Source: Phoronis australis
Lineage: Eukaryota; Animalia; Phoronida
Length of the DNA: 64,000 nucleotides
Direction: 5' to 3'
NCBI GenBank assembly: GCA_002633005.1
Contig: NMRA01000008.1
Span: forward strand, 960,642 to 1,024,641
The notes beneath the pieces are model-generated. The model had not been told where the DNA came from. It worked only from the letters and a program-made list of their open reading frames with translations, and made no database searches. This document shows, in pieces, positions 49,570-63,420 of this stretch. Each line of letters opens with the position of its first letter. The first letter of the stretch is position 1. The position numbers and the translations under genes are program-made.

Positions 49570-52500
49570 CTGGGTACTAGGTCCTATTTGGTTAGTATTT
49601 CATGTCAATCGAAGTTAAAATCTGGACACAAAAAACAACAGCGCATCCGAATCCAAAACTTATTTCCTAATGTCAAGCGCAGCCATTTACTCCTTTTAAA
49701 TAAGGCACTTTTAAGCCAACTGCTGAATGTGTGCAATAACTAGTTTTTGAACACGCCTCACTACTTCTTTCCGAAAGAGTCCGTTGGCGGATTTTTGTGT
49801 GCGCAAAATCCCTCTAGGAAAAATGGAATCTCCGGTACAACAGGAGCCAAGATATCGAGTCCACCTCCCAGATGCTTGTAAATGGGTGGGTATATTATTC
49901 CTATACCCACCGGGTTGAGATAGGTCCTTCGTTTAAAAGTAGTTGACTATTGTGTTAATTCAGATAACCAGACACTACGAGGACCGCCTCTCAAGGCACA
50001 CCCCACCCGGTGGCGCGCTTTGAGAACTCGCAACAAGCGCCGCAACTGCACAATAGAAGTAGAACGTGACGTGACTACGGAAGTAGGCGTGACGTACTCG
50101 CATGTCTGATTTTTTTAAATCTGAAGTGAAAGGTTAATAAAATACTAAAAAAAGTATTCAAAAACTGTTCTGACTCCAGTCTCAAATTGAGAACAACGCA
50201 CAGAGAAAACAATAGCTGTCAACACTGATCTATAGTTGTTGACGTCATCAATAGGATAATTGTTCTGAGAATGTGATATCCTGCGGCTCTGTTTCCTTTT
50301 TACGATTTTTGACGTGAGCATGCATTGTTCCCAGGTATCCGTTACAATGAAGTATTGCAACAACTAATAGATGGACGTACATTCATTAAACTCCAACTAC
50401 TACAATCACACTGCGATTTTTTCAAGTTTTGATGGATTTCAGTAGAGTTCCATCAGACGTAACTCAAGGGGAGGTCATTCACCTCTCCGCCCTGTCGTAT
50501 AAGGCGGCTCCTCGCACAGACGGCTCTATGGAGATAAACCAGGAATATTGGACTATTTTGATAGCAAACAAGCTTTCTTCGTGTCTTGCGAAGTGAGTCA
50601 TGCGAACGGTGACGGGAACTCCAACGTTGGAATCTGCTGAACATGAAGTTTTGCACGTACATCTAATAATCACAACGGCTATCTGCTTGTTGGGCCATCT
50701 TACACAAACATAGAACTGCTGAAACCATCACTGTTATCAATTGGATTGTCCAGTTCAAAAAGCAAATTTGGTGGTTGGTAGAAACTGAAATCAAAATGTA
50801 TCCGGGACCTTATTTTTAACTTTATGATCGGGTTCATTATAGTTAAAAATTGCCCAGCGCAATGGATGTTTCATAAGTGGTCCACTCATAACCGTCAATA
50901 AAATATACAACACACAAGTTCTCGTCGGCTTCGTCTACTCGGTACAGACAGTGATTCGTAAGTGGAAAAGGTTTTTGCCTTAGTCGATTGAAAATCGAAA
51001 ACGGGATTCGGCTTAGAAGATAGCTCGGCAATCACTCAACGTGTAAAGCTAGGAACCAATATTGGTTCCTAGTGTAAAGAAAGTAGTTCAAAAATCGTAC
51101 ACGATGTTGCACACAAACTCCTGTGCTGGTAGGCATGTACAGGCGTGAGTTACGTGGACCTGACGTCTTGCGAAAAAATCAGGAATTCTCGCGTCTACGA
51201 AACTCTGCCAAGAAGAGCGTTCCGTAGACTTAATTTCTCATGAAAGAAGCAAGATTTAAAATTGGATGTAATTTCCCTAATCACAAATTGATCTGCTATA
51301 ACATACTTGGTAAAAGTTTGATTGTGGAAGCATAATTATTTTATGTGACAAAATCTGAGATGAGTTCCATCGAAAAATGTAGTACTGTAACAATGAAACT
51401 AATTCCATTCGATTTTGTAAAGGGGTCACGATTCACAATGACAGAAACCTAAAACATGCAAATTTAGACGTATTAACTTAAATCTAAATTTGAATCAAAA
51501 GAACATTTTTCGATTTTCCAGACACTTTTGACACTGTCAATTTCGTGTGTTTTTTATCTGAGTTGAGTCATCAAGTTATTTAACTCGGTCCTCCTGTATA
51601 GTTTTTCAATCAGTTTTTTCGCAATTCTTGTCTCTGTAGGTATCCTCAGTTCATTGATATCTCATCGCATATTTCGATCATAGTTTTTGTCACATTGCAA
51701 GTGATAACAATGAAGTGTTCGTAAAACTTAGTATTATCATCATTTGAAATTACAGCGGTCAATAGATAAAGATTTGAAACGCGGTATCTGAAATGTCACT
51801 CGTGACTATCTCTTAAACTTTTAAAAAAGATTATCCAATTACTTCAGGTCCTGTGTTTCCTGTACTTTCTTACTGCGAACAGAAATAGACAGTGGCATAA
51901 TGAGTACAATAAGAAACCCGCCTACTCACTATGGAAAGGTAAACGCAGCCGACAACTTGCTTCTGCGTAACGTTTTGGTTGATTCGTGTTAGTTTTAAGT
52001 ATCGTTACTTGGCTTATGAAAGCGCAATGCTGCGGAAAACGTTTAAACAAACTCTTTATCAAAATATTAGTGCAGGCGAATCATCTGTTTATTCTTGTAC
52101 ACTGACGTTTCCTTTTGTATGAGACAGTAACAAGGAGCAAAAACTTCAGTGCTCGCATTTTGTTTCCGCTGTTTCTTTGATTATGATTTTCAGCCACAAT
52201 GGAAGCCATCCTCAGGTTTCATTTATGTTGTAAATGACAATCGAACAATGTATGTTAATCGCAATTTCCTGTGTATGTTATTTCTTATTATTCTTCAATT
52301 GAAAAAAAAATGTTTGCGTTCTTTTGTTTCCGTATATCGCCTGTCTTTGTGCAGTACAAGTGTAACATTTTCTGTTTAAAGGTACAATAAGGCCGCGCCT
52401 TGACCTGACAGGTGGCAACTGCATCAGGTCAGGTACAATCAAGTGATTGTCACGGTGGCGAAGTCCCACACGCGCAAAGACATTCCAGGCGTAATACAGC

Positions 52501-55500
52501 AACGTCTAAATTCTCTACAGCATGTTTTTGCTTACATTTTGATGAAACTGGAGCAGTATGAACAATATGGCTTCTGGGGAAGCAAACGATCGTTGTACGC
52601 AGAGAAAAAGTCACGATAGCAAGCTTTTAAGACCATTCAAAAAGATTTCGCCAGCCCGTTAATACGCCAAGCTCAATGCGTGCAGGCCTTCATTACTCAG
52701 AGGCGAGAGTCTCGCGAAAAAGAAAGAGCGCCCAAACTTCGCCAGATATCCCCATGTATCACAAGCGAAGCACGGGATAACACTTACTAGTTTCCTTAAC
52801 GAAATTTTTGCGAAACTGCACGCGGGTGTGTGATAGATTCAGAAAGACACATGGAGTTTGTCTTTCGAAGTCTCTGTTGTCTTTTGAGTTTTGGCTAAAT
52901 ATATATCAGTCTAAAGATGGCTCAGGCTGTCTCACGAACGCAGCCCCAAGACTAAAATCCAGACCTAACCTATTTATACAACCCTTAAAGCCATAGACGG
53001 AAATCCGCAGCCTGCTCAGGAGCAGATTGAAAGTCAAAGCTAAGAGACAAAATCAATCAACTTTTTGCTCTAGATTCTTCGAAAGACAGGCCACTGGTAC
53101 TGTGCAGTAGTTCTACTCTTCATGAATGTTCGGCAACGAGATCAGATAGTATGGTAAGCTATTTCAGAGCACACATTCTGGTGGGAAATTGCTTCTGCGC
53201 AGCTTCGCTGCATTTGCAAGTTTGATTTCGTGCCCACAGTGGTCTCGTGTTCAGTGTTTTGGTTGTGACTTCCGCATATCACGATGTCATTCAAATTTAT
53301 AGTTTCACGTTATTTGTCAATTCACATTACTATAAAGAAAATATAACGAAAAAACATTCGTGAAACGTTATAAACATGAATTTCTTTCACTTTTTGTCTA
53401 TTTATTTGTTGGTAATAAGAGTCGTTGGTTTATCCAGGCGCTTATTCATCTGATCGTGAAGTTTACTGTATTTTTATCAGCGACAAGCACTTTTCCGATT
53501 GCGTTCTCGGTATATAGTTGGTCTCGGTTGATTTTTGGAACGATCGTAGTCGCGAGGGATTGTCGTCACGGGAAATCACGTGTTTTGACGCATTCTCATA
53601 GCGTCGCCATAACCATTTTTTTCGAAAACTGCTGATGTACCTTTAGTTAGGAAAACAACAACCCATGATTAGTAGCAGTGAGTATTCAATCCCCAATAAT
53701 CAATAAATTTGTCATGTGCGGCAAAATTGCCCACTTGTGCTAAACACATCTAATTTGAAAAAATGTTGTACTTTTGTTCTGACGTAGATATGCAAACGTG
53801 CGATACCTCCTAATAGAAATATTTTAGAAATACCCTAACTGTCTCCGCCTGTTACGCAGTAGTGAAACAAAAAAGTCGTGAAACACCACATAATTTCACC
53901 GACAAAGGAAATCCTCTTCGAGATTGTGCAATCGTTCTTTTAACGATGAAATATTATCATCGGAATAAGGAATGAGAAATTGTAACAGTTATGTGACTAG
54001 TAATTTTTGAACACCTTCAATTCCTGTCGACGTGTTTCCTGTCACTGCATAAACTGTTTCAAGGGAATGGTTTGATAAGAGGTTTGCTACCGTGGAAAAG
54101 CGACTTCAATACCAGGACCTAGGGTCTAATCTTTGTACTCGAAACTCGACTCGGTAACTTATCAATTACATGGCAAGCCTCAAGTGTACTCGAAAAATGC
54201 GGCGAGTCTGATTTCGAGTCTGAGTCAGGACCTAGGGCCAGGGTCTAATCTTTACCATCACAATCGGATTCGAAAATTAACCAAATGACCTTACAATTTT
54301 GTACTCGAATCACGCTGGGGCAAGACTGAGTTTTCGGAAGATTATATCCAGGACCCTAATATCAGATTCAAGGCAGCAGTGTCATGATGAAATATGTCTT
54401 ACCGCTATGTGGCGACAGGGTAGTTGATTGATACCGGTCTGCATTATGGAGCGTTCGCGTTTTATGACTTCTTTGCGACCAGAATGCCAATGTTGTGGGG
54501 CAGTTCGTTCAAACGGTTTGCACAAAAAATGCCTAGCGTCTCAAGTTTTCTGTGAATGAAAGTTATCATGTCGCTTCGTCTCAGTCAACTCAGTCCATCT
54601 TGCGCACCATGTAGAATGTTTCCATTCGTCAATTTTACTGAGAGTCAAGTTCCGAGTAAAAAGATTAAACCACGGCCTTAGATCTTTGGCTCAGACGCAG
54701 GCCACACATGTCAAAGGTTATTCACGAACCTCCTGTGCCTGCTATGGCCGAGAGAGCTGAAAATATTGTCTTATGGTTAAAAAACACTGAATATGATCTT
54801 ATTTAGAACTGAAAAGAATACAGCAATCCTTCTTAGAACTAGTCGCTCTCGGGACTTGTGTGCTAAAAACAACGAGACTTGAAAAATCCCTCTGGGGTCG
54901 TCTTTCAGATTCATCTTACACTTTGTATATGTGATAATGCTCATGAGACAACTCTTACACTAACATTTGAGATTCTGTTACCCCAACACCTAAACGACTT
55001 TAAGCCAGTCTATACCTGTTCCATTCGATTCACACGTTAATGCTCGTGGCTTCGCCGCGATGCTGAAGAAAACGTATTCCTAATTTTCGTATAATGCGTC
55101 GATTTTAAAAATTCAAAGACGGCTACTATTTACTTTTCAATTTTAAAAAACATTTATGTTGGTCGTTTGCCTTACTTACTGTTCATTATTTGACTTTGAA
55201 ACTCGTACACTAAACACACTAAACAAGCGTGTTGGCTTGCTCCTACATTTAGCTCGTCCAATACACATTCAGCCAAGCCCATGAATAGCGACTACTGTAG
55301 CTCACTTCAATCCGTGGTGGCGCCATCTAGCCTTTGATGCGCAGAGCAATTCGCTGGATGCTCTTGAGTAACTCAGTGCACGCTTCCTCGTCCACTTAAG
55401 TGCAAATACTGTTAGCGTAATATTTGCCTAATGTGTGGGTTTGAAACAAAATTTGTCAATTTTGAGCTTGTTAGCTCCTAAATTTTTTACTCGTGGTCCG

Positions 55501-56402
55501 TTTGATGTGTTCGCTCTATACTTTCGCTTATGAAAAACCGATATTTTCTGATAGCGCAGGTACTTTGCAAACGACGAGATTAATTATGTATGGTGATTGA
55601 GAAGTGATGCATAAAGTCTTCCAAAGAAAATTACCAATAAGCAATTTTAAACCTTTAGTCACGTGACAAGGGAGATAAATCTTAAGGTACTTTTTAACGC
55701 AGTCTCGGACCAAATGGTGCCGGTTCAGTAGTTTGCAGTAGTGTGGAGAATGAAATATACATAACTATGTAGATTTCGGGTGTGGATTTATGAAATGGAA
55801 ATAAGGAGTGCCCAACTGCTTTTCGTTTCTAACATTTCCACGAACCTCTTGGGTGTAAAGGTATCTGAGCCATCCTAACAATGACTGGTGCCGTCTCCTC
55901 TTCAGCAATTACAATATCGGCTGAAATTCAAGCATGTATTGATTGGCAGGTAGCAAGCTGGCTGTCAAAATTGTCAAGATGGACGTCAAAAATATGCCAC
56001 TGGCTTCACGGTATTAGTGAAACGCACAAGTAAATTAGCAGCTGCCGTCTTAATTTCATGAAAGTATTTCTTCTAAAGTTAGCTAAGATTAGACACTACT
56101 CAAGTGGTTTTGCAGAAAGACGAATGCCAAAAAATCGTAATTGCCATTACAAGATGTAAAACTATTTAGACTCGTCCAATATCCATACTGCAACAAGCGA
56201 AGTTTCAGAAGTTTTATGAATAATTTTTAGAAAATTATGGGGTTTCCGAGATATCAAGACAGAGCCAACAAATGAAATGACCACTACGTTGCGAAGGATT
56301 AGTAAAGTCGGTCCGATAAGAAAGTGTCGAGCAAAATAGACTAGCTGCACGTACCTAAGAAGAGTTCAGCAGTAATTGCATGCATCCGAAAACCACCGTC
56401 TG

Positions 56403-56559
56403 CAGTGGCGGATTTAGAGGGGGGCCAAGGGGGCCATGCCCCCCCCTAAAATTCTCCAAGATTCCATTGGGCAGTTCGGGAGTGCCAATGTCTGACATGC
56501 AAAATCCTGGCTAATACTCTGCCCTGCCCCCCCAACTCAAAATCCTGGATCCGCCCCTG
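56403..56559. mobile_element. hAT-like MITE, inverted internally deleted sister of 14681-14969
   Basis: CAGTGGCGGATTTAG..CTGGATCCGCCCCTG with flanks GTCTG/GTCTA (5-bp TSD, one mismatch). Confidence 0.75.
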
Positions 56560-59500
56560 GTCTATCATGTTTTCAACATTAGAAACCCATCCGTTCAATT
56601 ATATTTTGACCTTAATGCACTTCAGCAGAGAGCTACATTCAAACAACGCCAAAAACAAACATGGTCCTCTATAAGCCACCGAGAGCACTAGTTAGAACTT
56701 GCGGGAAATATTTAAAATCTGTTTGTAACATCGTCCTCTGGACAGATGATTCATAAAAACTTGGTGCGCGTTCTTCATTTTCATTGGTTGCTTTCATTCT
56801 GGTTTGGATGACCGTCTTCCCACAATGCATTGTTATGTGACGTCACTATCTGTCAGTAAAAAGGTCAATTTAAGACCCCAACCAGAACATCTCGAACATT
56901 TTCTTCGCTTCGAGATTTGAGACTACGAAAATATCCAAATGTTTAGACCATTAAAGTGTTTTTCATTGACAGCATTTCTGAGGAAATCTGCAATGCAAGC
57001 GTTACAAATAGGGACAAAAAGAAATTGGGTGTTTTCTTAAGTCTGTGTGTTGTGTTGACTGAAGATTCGGGTACGCATGGAACGTTTTCATAACCATCAT
57101 TAAGTCGTCTGAATTTGATATCGGATAATGCGAAAGTGAACTATCTTTTAATTATGCAGAATTCGATTTCTTGGAAACAGAGTACGCGCTCGCCCTGAAA
57201 ATCCCAAGACAAGGTACATTTTAGTGTTGTTTTAACACCTTGCATTTGCTATTATGTTAATCATGAGTTCGCCCTAACTGCAGACATCAGTGTTCCCAAC
57301 ATGTTCCATAGATCACATGTCGAAAGTGAGGCAACGCAAAATTATTCATTTTTTGGGTGAATTCAGCCTAACCTCGGGTCATGAGGTGAAATTGAAAAGT
57401 AATCAGGATTCAGTTCAGGAAGTTCGAGTTATTTAGTGTGAGTTAATACACATTAGTTTATCAAGGGTTGTGTTATTTTAAGAGAGCAAATTTTACTTGC
57501 TGACACTTTAACGTGCTTACCCGCAGCAGACTATTGGAAATTGCTGACACGAAGCCCTAGAACACGTATTAGGAAAATGGTGCTTTTTTTCTTTTCTCAT
57601 TCCCCAGATATATGCCTGGGCGTACTTTCGGAAACGAGGGACCTGTTGTATAAACGGAAAGTGTACCAGCGACATCGAATTAGGAACGTCAATGTGTCAA
57701 ATATGTGTAGCCATTATTTGAACCTGCGCGTATTTGGGCTCATGCGCCTATATGTATGTTAAGGTGCGGCTATATTCGGAATTGGGCGAATTCTTGAATG
57801 CAAAACAAAACTGAAAAGCAAGATTCTAAAATATCTTATGAGAAAAACTGGACTTATTCGTTATAAAATGATAGATGCTGACATGTGATCAACTTAGCAT
57901 TAACCATTCAAGGTAAAGTACAAAAGAATGCGCAAAAGCGGACAAAATCCGGTCTCCCAGTTGTGGCATACACATATGCAAGAGCCGACAATTGTCGTCT
58001 GCGCTTACAGGTGAAACTAGTCGCAATATAGCCTGGATGAAAAACACAACAAATTCGTGAAAAAAAACGCTTTATGTGTTAAAATACTGGGACAGATAAG
58101 ATAGTTTATTGTATCGTAGGTTACGTTTATTTTGCAAATAAGCCGAAACGTGCAGGAATAAACAATATCCCGTTTTCTTTAAGCCATATGTTTGTTTGAA
58201 ACTCACAGACACTCTTCATAAGAAACGCAGCAAACCGTAGATAATTTAAATTATGGCAACTAAAGTAGACTTATGGGTCTGGCCGTATTTGGAACTTTTC
58301 CCCAACGTAGGCCCATGGGCTAATTATACTTCTGATGACCCTGGTTGCGAAAATGTTAGGTACCATCCAATGGTATAGGATGACACATTTTCAACATTTT
58401 AATTTATCGCATAAAAAATTAAAAGATGCTGCTTTGCCTTATTCGTCAATATAGAAATTCACGCCGCATGATTTTCTTCGTTTGAAACATGGAATTCGGG
58501 AAAATGTCGAAAACGGAAAACTTAGGGCCGGGTGAGCAACTACCACTTCAAATGTTTGTGGTGAAGCCTGGATTACGTTCTTTTAACGTAACACACACGC
58601 GATGCGATTTCGGCGGGAAATCTTCGCTTATGGAACGGAAATAATTCTATCCCAGAAGTCATCGTTCCATCCGCTCCGGGCAACATTGGTCGACATTTCA
58701 GTTATAAATGTATGCGAGTAAGGACCCGGGAGGGCGTTCTTGCGAAATGCTCGTTTTTCACTAGCGTGATTTTGCATGACCTTCCTGTCTTTCGTCTCAT
58801 GCCTGTTTGATCAGAAGAAAATCCGATAAAAATTATGAAGCATCTCATTCCCGTAAAATCTTACCTAAAATTCGTTCTTTAGATATTTTTAGTACTAGAA
58901 TCAAAGCATGGTTGGAAAGTGCCTAACACAAGGCAGTAGTATAAATTTATAGCACGTGTGGTTGCTGCAATGGGACACACAGAACATTTCGTTAAAAAAC
59001 CTTAAGAACTGTCTAAAGTATATCATTTTGCGCAGAAAACAAATTACTCCTGCCCTCCCTCCGGGAACACTGAACTTTAAGACTCTAAATTTGTCTAATC
59101 ACATCGACTGAAGTTTGTAATATTGTCGACGTGTGCCAAACGATTGGTCAAATCTCAAGTCAGTAGAGCACGAGACGAAAAATAAGTTTATTTTCCAAAA
59201 CATTGGTGTCTGAACACTGAACATTGATATTTTAATAAATTCACAAGCGACCTTAAAACTCTTTTTCCGTAGTGCACTGATGATTCTTTCATGGCAACGT
59301 TTTGTTAGCTCCGAAATTATATCTTACGAGATCATAGTTTCGTTTATTTGAAATAAATTCTGTGAAATTTCGTATGTTGTTATTTTGGAAATATGACAGA
59401 GCTGCATTTTTGTGAAAATTTGCGTAGGCTTTATAGAAACACAAGATTATATCTTCTACGCACACAAGCTTGCTACGTAATGTACCGCCGACACAAATCG

Positions 59501-61062
59501 TTAAACTGCGTGGCTCATTTAAATCCTATGTATATCGTTCCTGCCTCACGTTAATGTAAACTGCAAAAAATCGACCAGAAATTGTGGCCTTAATTAAGAC
59601 CGAGAGATAAAAACGGGGAGTTATCGGAAGTACGATATTCATAGTCCCAAAGCGAGTGTTCTAAATTACCAGTTCTATTTTTTCTAATACAGGTATTTAG
59701 AGTCTTGTATTAAATTGTGGGCATAATTAAATACGACGCGAACTGTGTTTTTACAGCCTTAATAAGTTCAAGATAAGAAACAAGACGTCGCGTGCTTTAT
59801 ACAAACCAACGTAAATGCGATACTTCACGAGATTCTCTGAAGGACTACCAAAGGGTTGCCATCGGCACCGATTATAACCAGTTAAGTGAACATCACGCTT
59901 GAATACAACACAGGTCGCTGTTTATGCGAAATAAGAATAAAAGAAACGACACAGTAATTCAAACGAAAACTGGTTGTTAAGTGAATTTTATTAAAGAAAA
60001 ATTGGGAAGCATATTCTGTCGAGATATTTTTTTCAATTCTGACTTCTTTTTCTTTCCATCTTCCGCTCTTCATCGGTTCCGTTCTTGGGCCATTTATCCG
60101 CTTACCCGCCCATTCCTGCACATCTCTATTAGGTTTTATCAGTAGGCTCCCAGTCTGCCTGTCCGTGTATCAAGGATTCCAAAAATTAACTGAAACACTG
60201 AATTTACCGGCGGACAGATTGACGGGAGTGTATTCAACGGCGAACGAAGACCGGTAATGAAAAACAAAGTCCAGAACAAAGACAACTTATGAAGCAAATA
60301 TTTTATAAGGACTACCAAAATAAGTCAAAACAGGTGAAAGCCGGAGTCAGGCGTGGTTCGATGTCGTCGAACCCTGTTTTTGCCTATAAGCTGTTTTTAA
60401 ACATCACACGGAAGTCAAATAACAATTTCCCATCATGTGTATTATAAATCGACATTGTTTTGTTTTGATTAAATTACGAAAGCCGACAAGCGTGTGTTTC
60501 AATTATTTGGACCAAAGAACGTCAACGCTGCGAAAAATCGCGGAAATGAGTTTGACACCAACCGTCCGATCAGGCTGCTTATCGGTCGGAAACGCAGGAT
60601 TTCGACATAAAAATGACTAAGCTTTAACTGATAAGTACAGCCACTGAGTTCGCACTCCAACTGCAGCCACCTCCAGTCAACACTAGAATAATTTAAAAAT
60701 TTGGACTCTATTCTGGAACGACGTTTTATGTATAGAAAATCGCTGTACTCTCCTATATTGCCATCTATTGTCCACAAGTGAAATTATGAAAGTGTCAAAC
60801 GGCAACATGCACACACAAGGCCGTCCACGAATCTCCAAAGCATGCGTACTTTTCAATGAATTGTTTTTACAGATAACTATCAAAACATTCATCTTTATGC
60901 CCGAAAACTAAATGAAGTGTCGTTCAACTTTTTAAATTGATGCGCGACCTCTGTGGGGTGATCAACAACTTGAGCATTGAAACCTTGGGAATTGGTTTAC
61001 TTATTCTTCGGTAAGGGCAACTAAGAGTTAGCGTCTCTCGGTTTCAGCACCAAGTAACCCTG

Positions 61063-61203
61063 AGTAGAGTTCAGTAACGCTAGGACCTCGCTAAAACGCA
61101 AGACTTCGCGAGATTACGTGAGATTTGCCGTGTACTTAAACGAGAGCACGTGATTTTGGGATAGATTTTAGCGAGGTCCTAACGTTACTCAATGAACTCT
61201 ACC
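61063..61203. mobile_element. Harbinger-like MITE, copy 3, CTG target-site duplication
   Basis: ctg|AGTAGAGTTCAGTAACGCTAGGACCT..GAACTCTACC|ctg. Confidence 0.8.
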
Positions 61204-61296
61204 CTGTTTTGTGTGTCGCTGTAACAGTTTGACCTGGCCATTTTCTTGATCCGGGTCAGCCATTCATAGATGAGTCACTAGCACGTTGCAACAACA

Positions 61297-62246
61297 AAAC
61301 ACCTCAACAAAAGTTTGGAAATTTGTGCACTCGCCCGTCATTGTTTTTATTATTTTTTGTTCAATAAAATCATATTGCATACCAATGAAAAGCCCAGTCG
61401 TTCCCCTTTCCAACGATACCAATTTCGTCAATAAATGTTTCTTGTGTTCAGTAACTTTGCTTCCAAAGAGGGCTTGGTCTCAAATTGAATGTTGCAAGTT
61501 CATTGGAACTAAATATGTATTCAGGTTTGAGCACTCAGGTTTTTCAATAGCAATTACAGTGCTGGTTCCATGGTAATAACAACTTATGACAATTTAGCAA
61601 CACTTAAAACACTTTATTTATTGAACAACTGACTGATAGACAATAGTGATAGTCTTCTTAGTATGATCGGGTTGACAAACTATTCGCAGTGACACTACAG
61701 TTCTTTGTTGGAAGTTGTGCTTCAGTTTGGAGATGGCACTCGGACTCGCACCGAATCGTGTTGGTGCCACCTTCTGGGAAAAACCAGCATCAATTTGTCC
61801 AAGAGCTCGGGCCTTCGCTGTATTAGACAAAAGTGGCATACTTGGAGCTAGTACATTAGATTTTCACAATTCAATGAAGAAAGCTGCAAACTGGGCATTT
61901 CAGACACAATTTGCATAATTGCGATTCATGCTAACAGCCACCGACAGTTCCATGGTATCATTCAGTGTCTCACAAATTTGGTGTTTACTCGTCGATGTTA
62001 ATCACCATTACATCACAGGTGGTGACACTGCGTGACAAAAAAACAGAGAAATTTGCAACATTCACTTTGAGACCAAGCCCCCTTTGGCAGCAAAGTTACT
62101 GACCATATCAATAATTTATTGATAAAATGTGGTATTGTTGAAAAGGGGAATGACTGAGCATTCCATTGGTATGCAACATGACTTAAATAAAGTAATGAAA
62201 ACACAGACGAGTGAATACAAATATTAAAACTGTTGTTGAGGTATTT
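61297..62246 (-). mobile_element. Internally deleted Tc1-like transposon with ~200-bp TIRs and a transposase N-terminal HTH remnant
   Basis: 61297-61500 is the imperfect reverse complement of 62050-62246. Internal ORF 61618-61839 (MPLLSNTAKARALGQIDAGFSQKVAPTRFGASPSAISKLKHNFQQ) resembles the paired-like HTH of Tc1 transposases. Confidence 0.85.
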
Positions 62247-62465
62247 ATAAGAAATATTAATTTTAAATTCAAGGAATTACGATCTTGGTAAGAGGCAAAG
62301 ACCAAGATACAACATATGAAAGTTAAAATAAACAAAACCGTGTGTCAAATCCCCATAAAATATTGCAGACTTGTTGTTTTTTCAACCGCCTTCGGCATCA
62401 ACGCAATTGCTTCGAAATCTAATCTGACTTTTTAATACATCAAAGTAATTCTTTAAACAATGGCT

Positions 62466-62809
62466 CTATGAGCAACGGGACACCTTGACGTCATCTATTG
62501 CTAGTCCAGATGAACTGAATTTATCAAGAACGTGAAATGCAAACGAGAGTTGAGTCCAACCGAGAGGAGCTGGTGCAAATGCCGACTTCCAACCAAGTGT
62601 GGGGTGAAGTGTAATAACGTCTCTGACTCCAACGTCTTCAGGGTTGCTCACGTTGTAAACTGTCAACAGACTCTGGTGGAAGTAAGCGTAGTAATAAAAC
62701 TGGAGACAATAGGTGGCGCCATCATTTGGAATTGGGAACGGTGGCGAAATCAGTCGGGCCTCGTTTCCAATAGTCGGAATGTGGTTACTCTCAACGTACA
62801 CATAATGAC
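62466..62809 (-). CDS. MAM-domain-containing protein, last coding exon; upstream exons not located in the window
   Basis: ttttag acceptor, phase 1; GHYVYVES..GNEARLISP..YCLQFYY..GW..LAIDDVKVSRCS* carries the MAM consensus motifs. Confidence 0.88.
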
Positions 62810-62967
62810 CTAAAATAAAATTATATACTGACGAGCCTTTAAATTTGGCAAGATTCGGACTATTGCAACGCTGATTCCTTGAAGTCATTCGACTACCGAC
62901 TCCCGGCCCTAAGGACATTTTTCTAAGCTCAGCAAAACTTAACAGGTCAAATTCCATTGTTCAAGTT

Positions 62968-63420
62968 TAAACATGGGGACCTTTTACTTTGCTAAAATGC
63001 AAGGGTTGGTGACTAACATGAAAACCATCGAAACAAAAATACCCCCCCCCACCCCCCCCTGGCGCGTGACCTGGCGAGTGACACTTGCAAAATAGCATGA
63101 GAAAATATCAAGTGAAATTTGTAAGATTTGTGTCCCTTGGACTTTTTGTTCGTCAACAGGCGTGATTTCACGTAACTTCCTCAAAATGGCGGCTCTTTAG
63201 TGAGAGAAACTCGAGAGAACCGCGAGGTTTTCATGAATATGCTCAAGTTATTTGTAGACTAAATTGTGTCCAGAGTCAGGGTATGTGTTATTTATAACTT
63301 CATGTGCACATATGCATGTTTCATTTGATTTTATTTGCTGTATTTTGAAGTGAATATCTTTTTATGGGGATACACTATCGCCCCTGTATGCCTGCGCCAT
63401 TCAGGCCTAGAGCGGGTTAA
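62968..63420. mobile_element. TTAA-flanked, piggyBac-like MITE; homologous to the 12.6-12.9 kb repeat
   Basis: Ends ...GCGGGTTAA and shares internal blocks with 12596-12905. Confidence 0.55.

Noticed and set aside
60340-60380. tRNA or SINE B-box-like GGTTCGA
   Set aside because: No cloverleaf or A-box; it is only a short GGTTCGA..TCGAACC hairpin.
62810-62957. N-terminal part of the 163-aa ORF as a single-exon MAM gene
   Set aside because: MAM similarity starts right at a strong phase-1 acceptor (62810-62811); the upstream part is most likely intron read-through.
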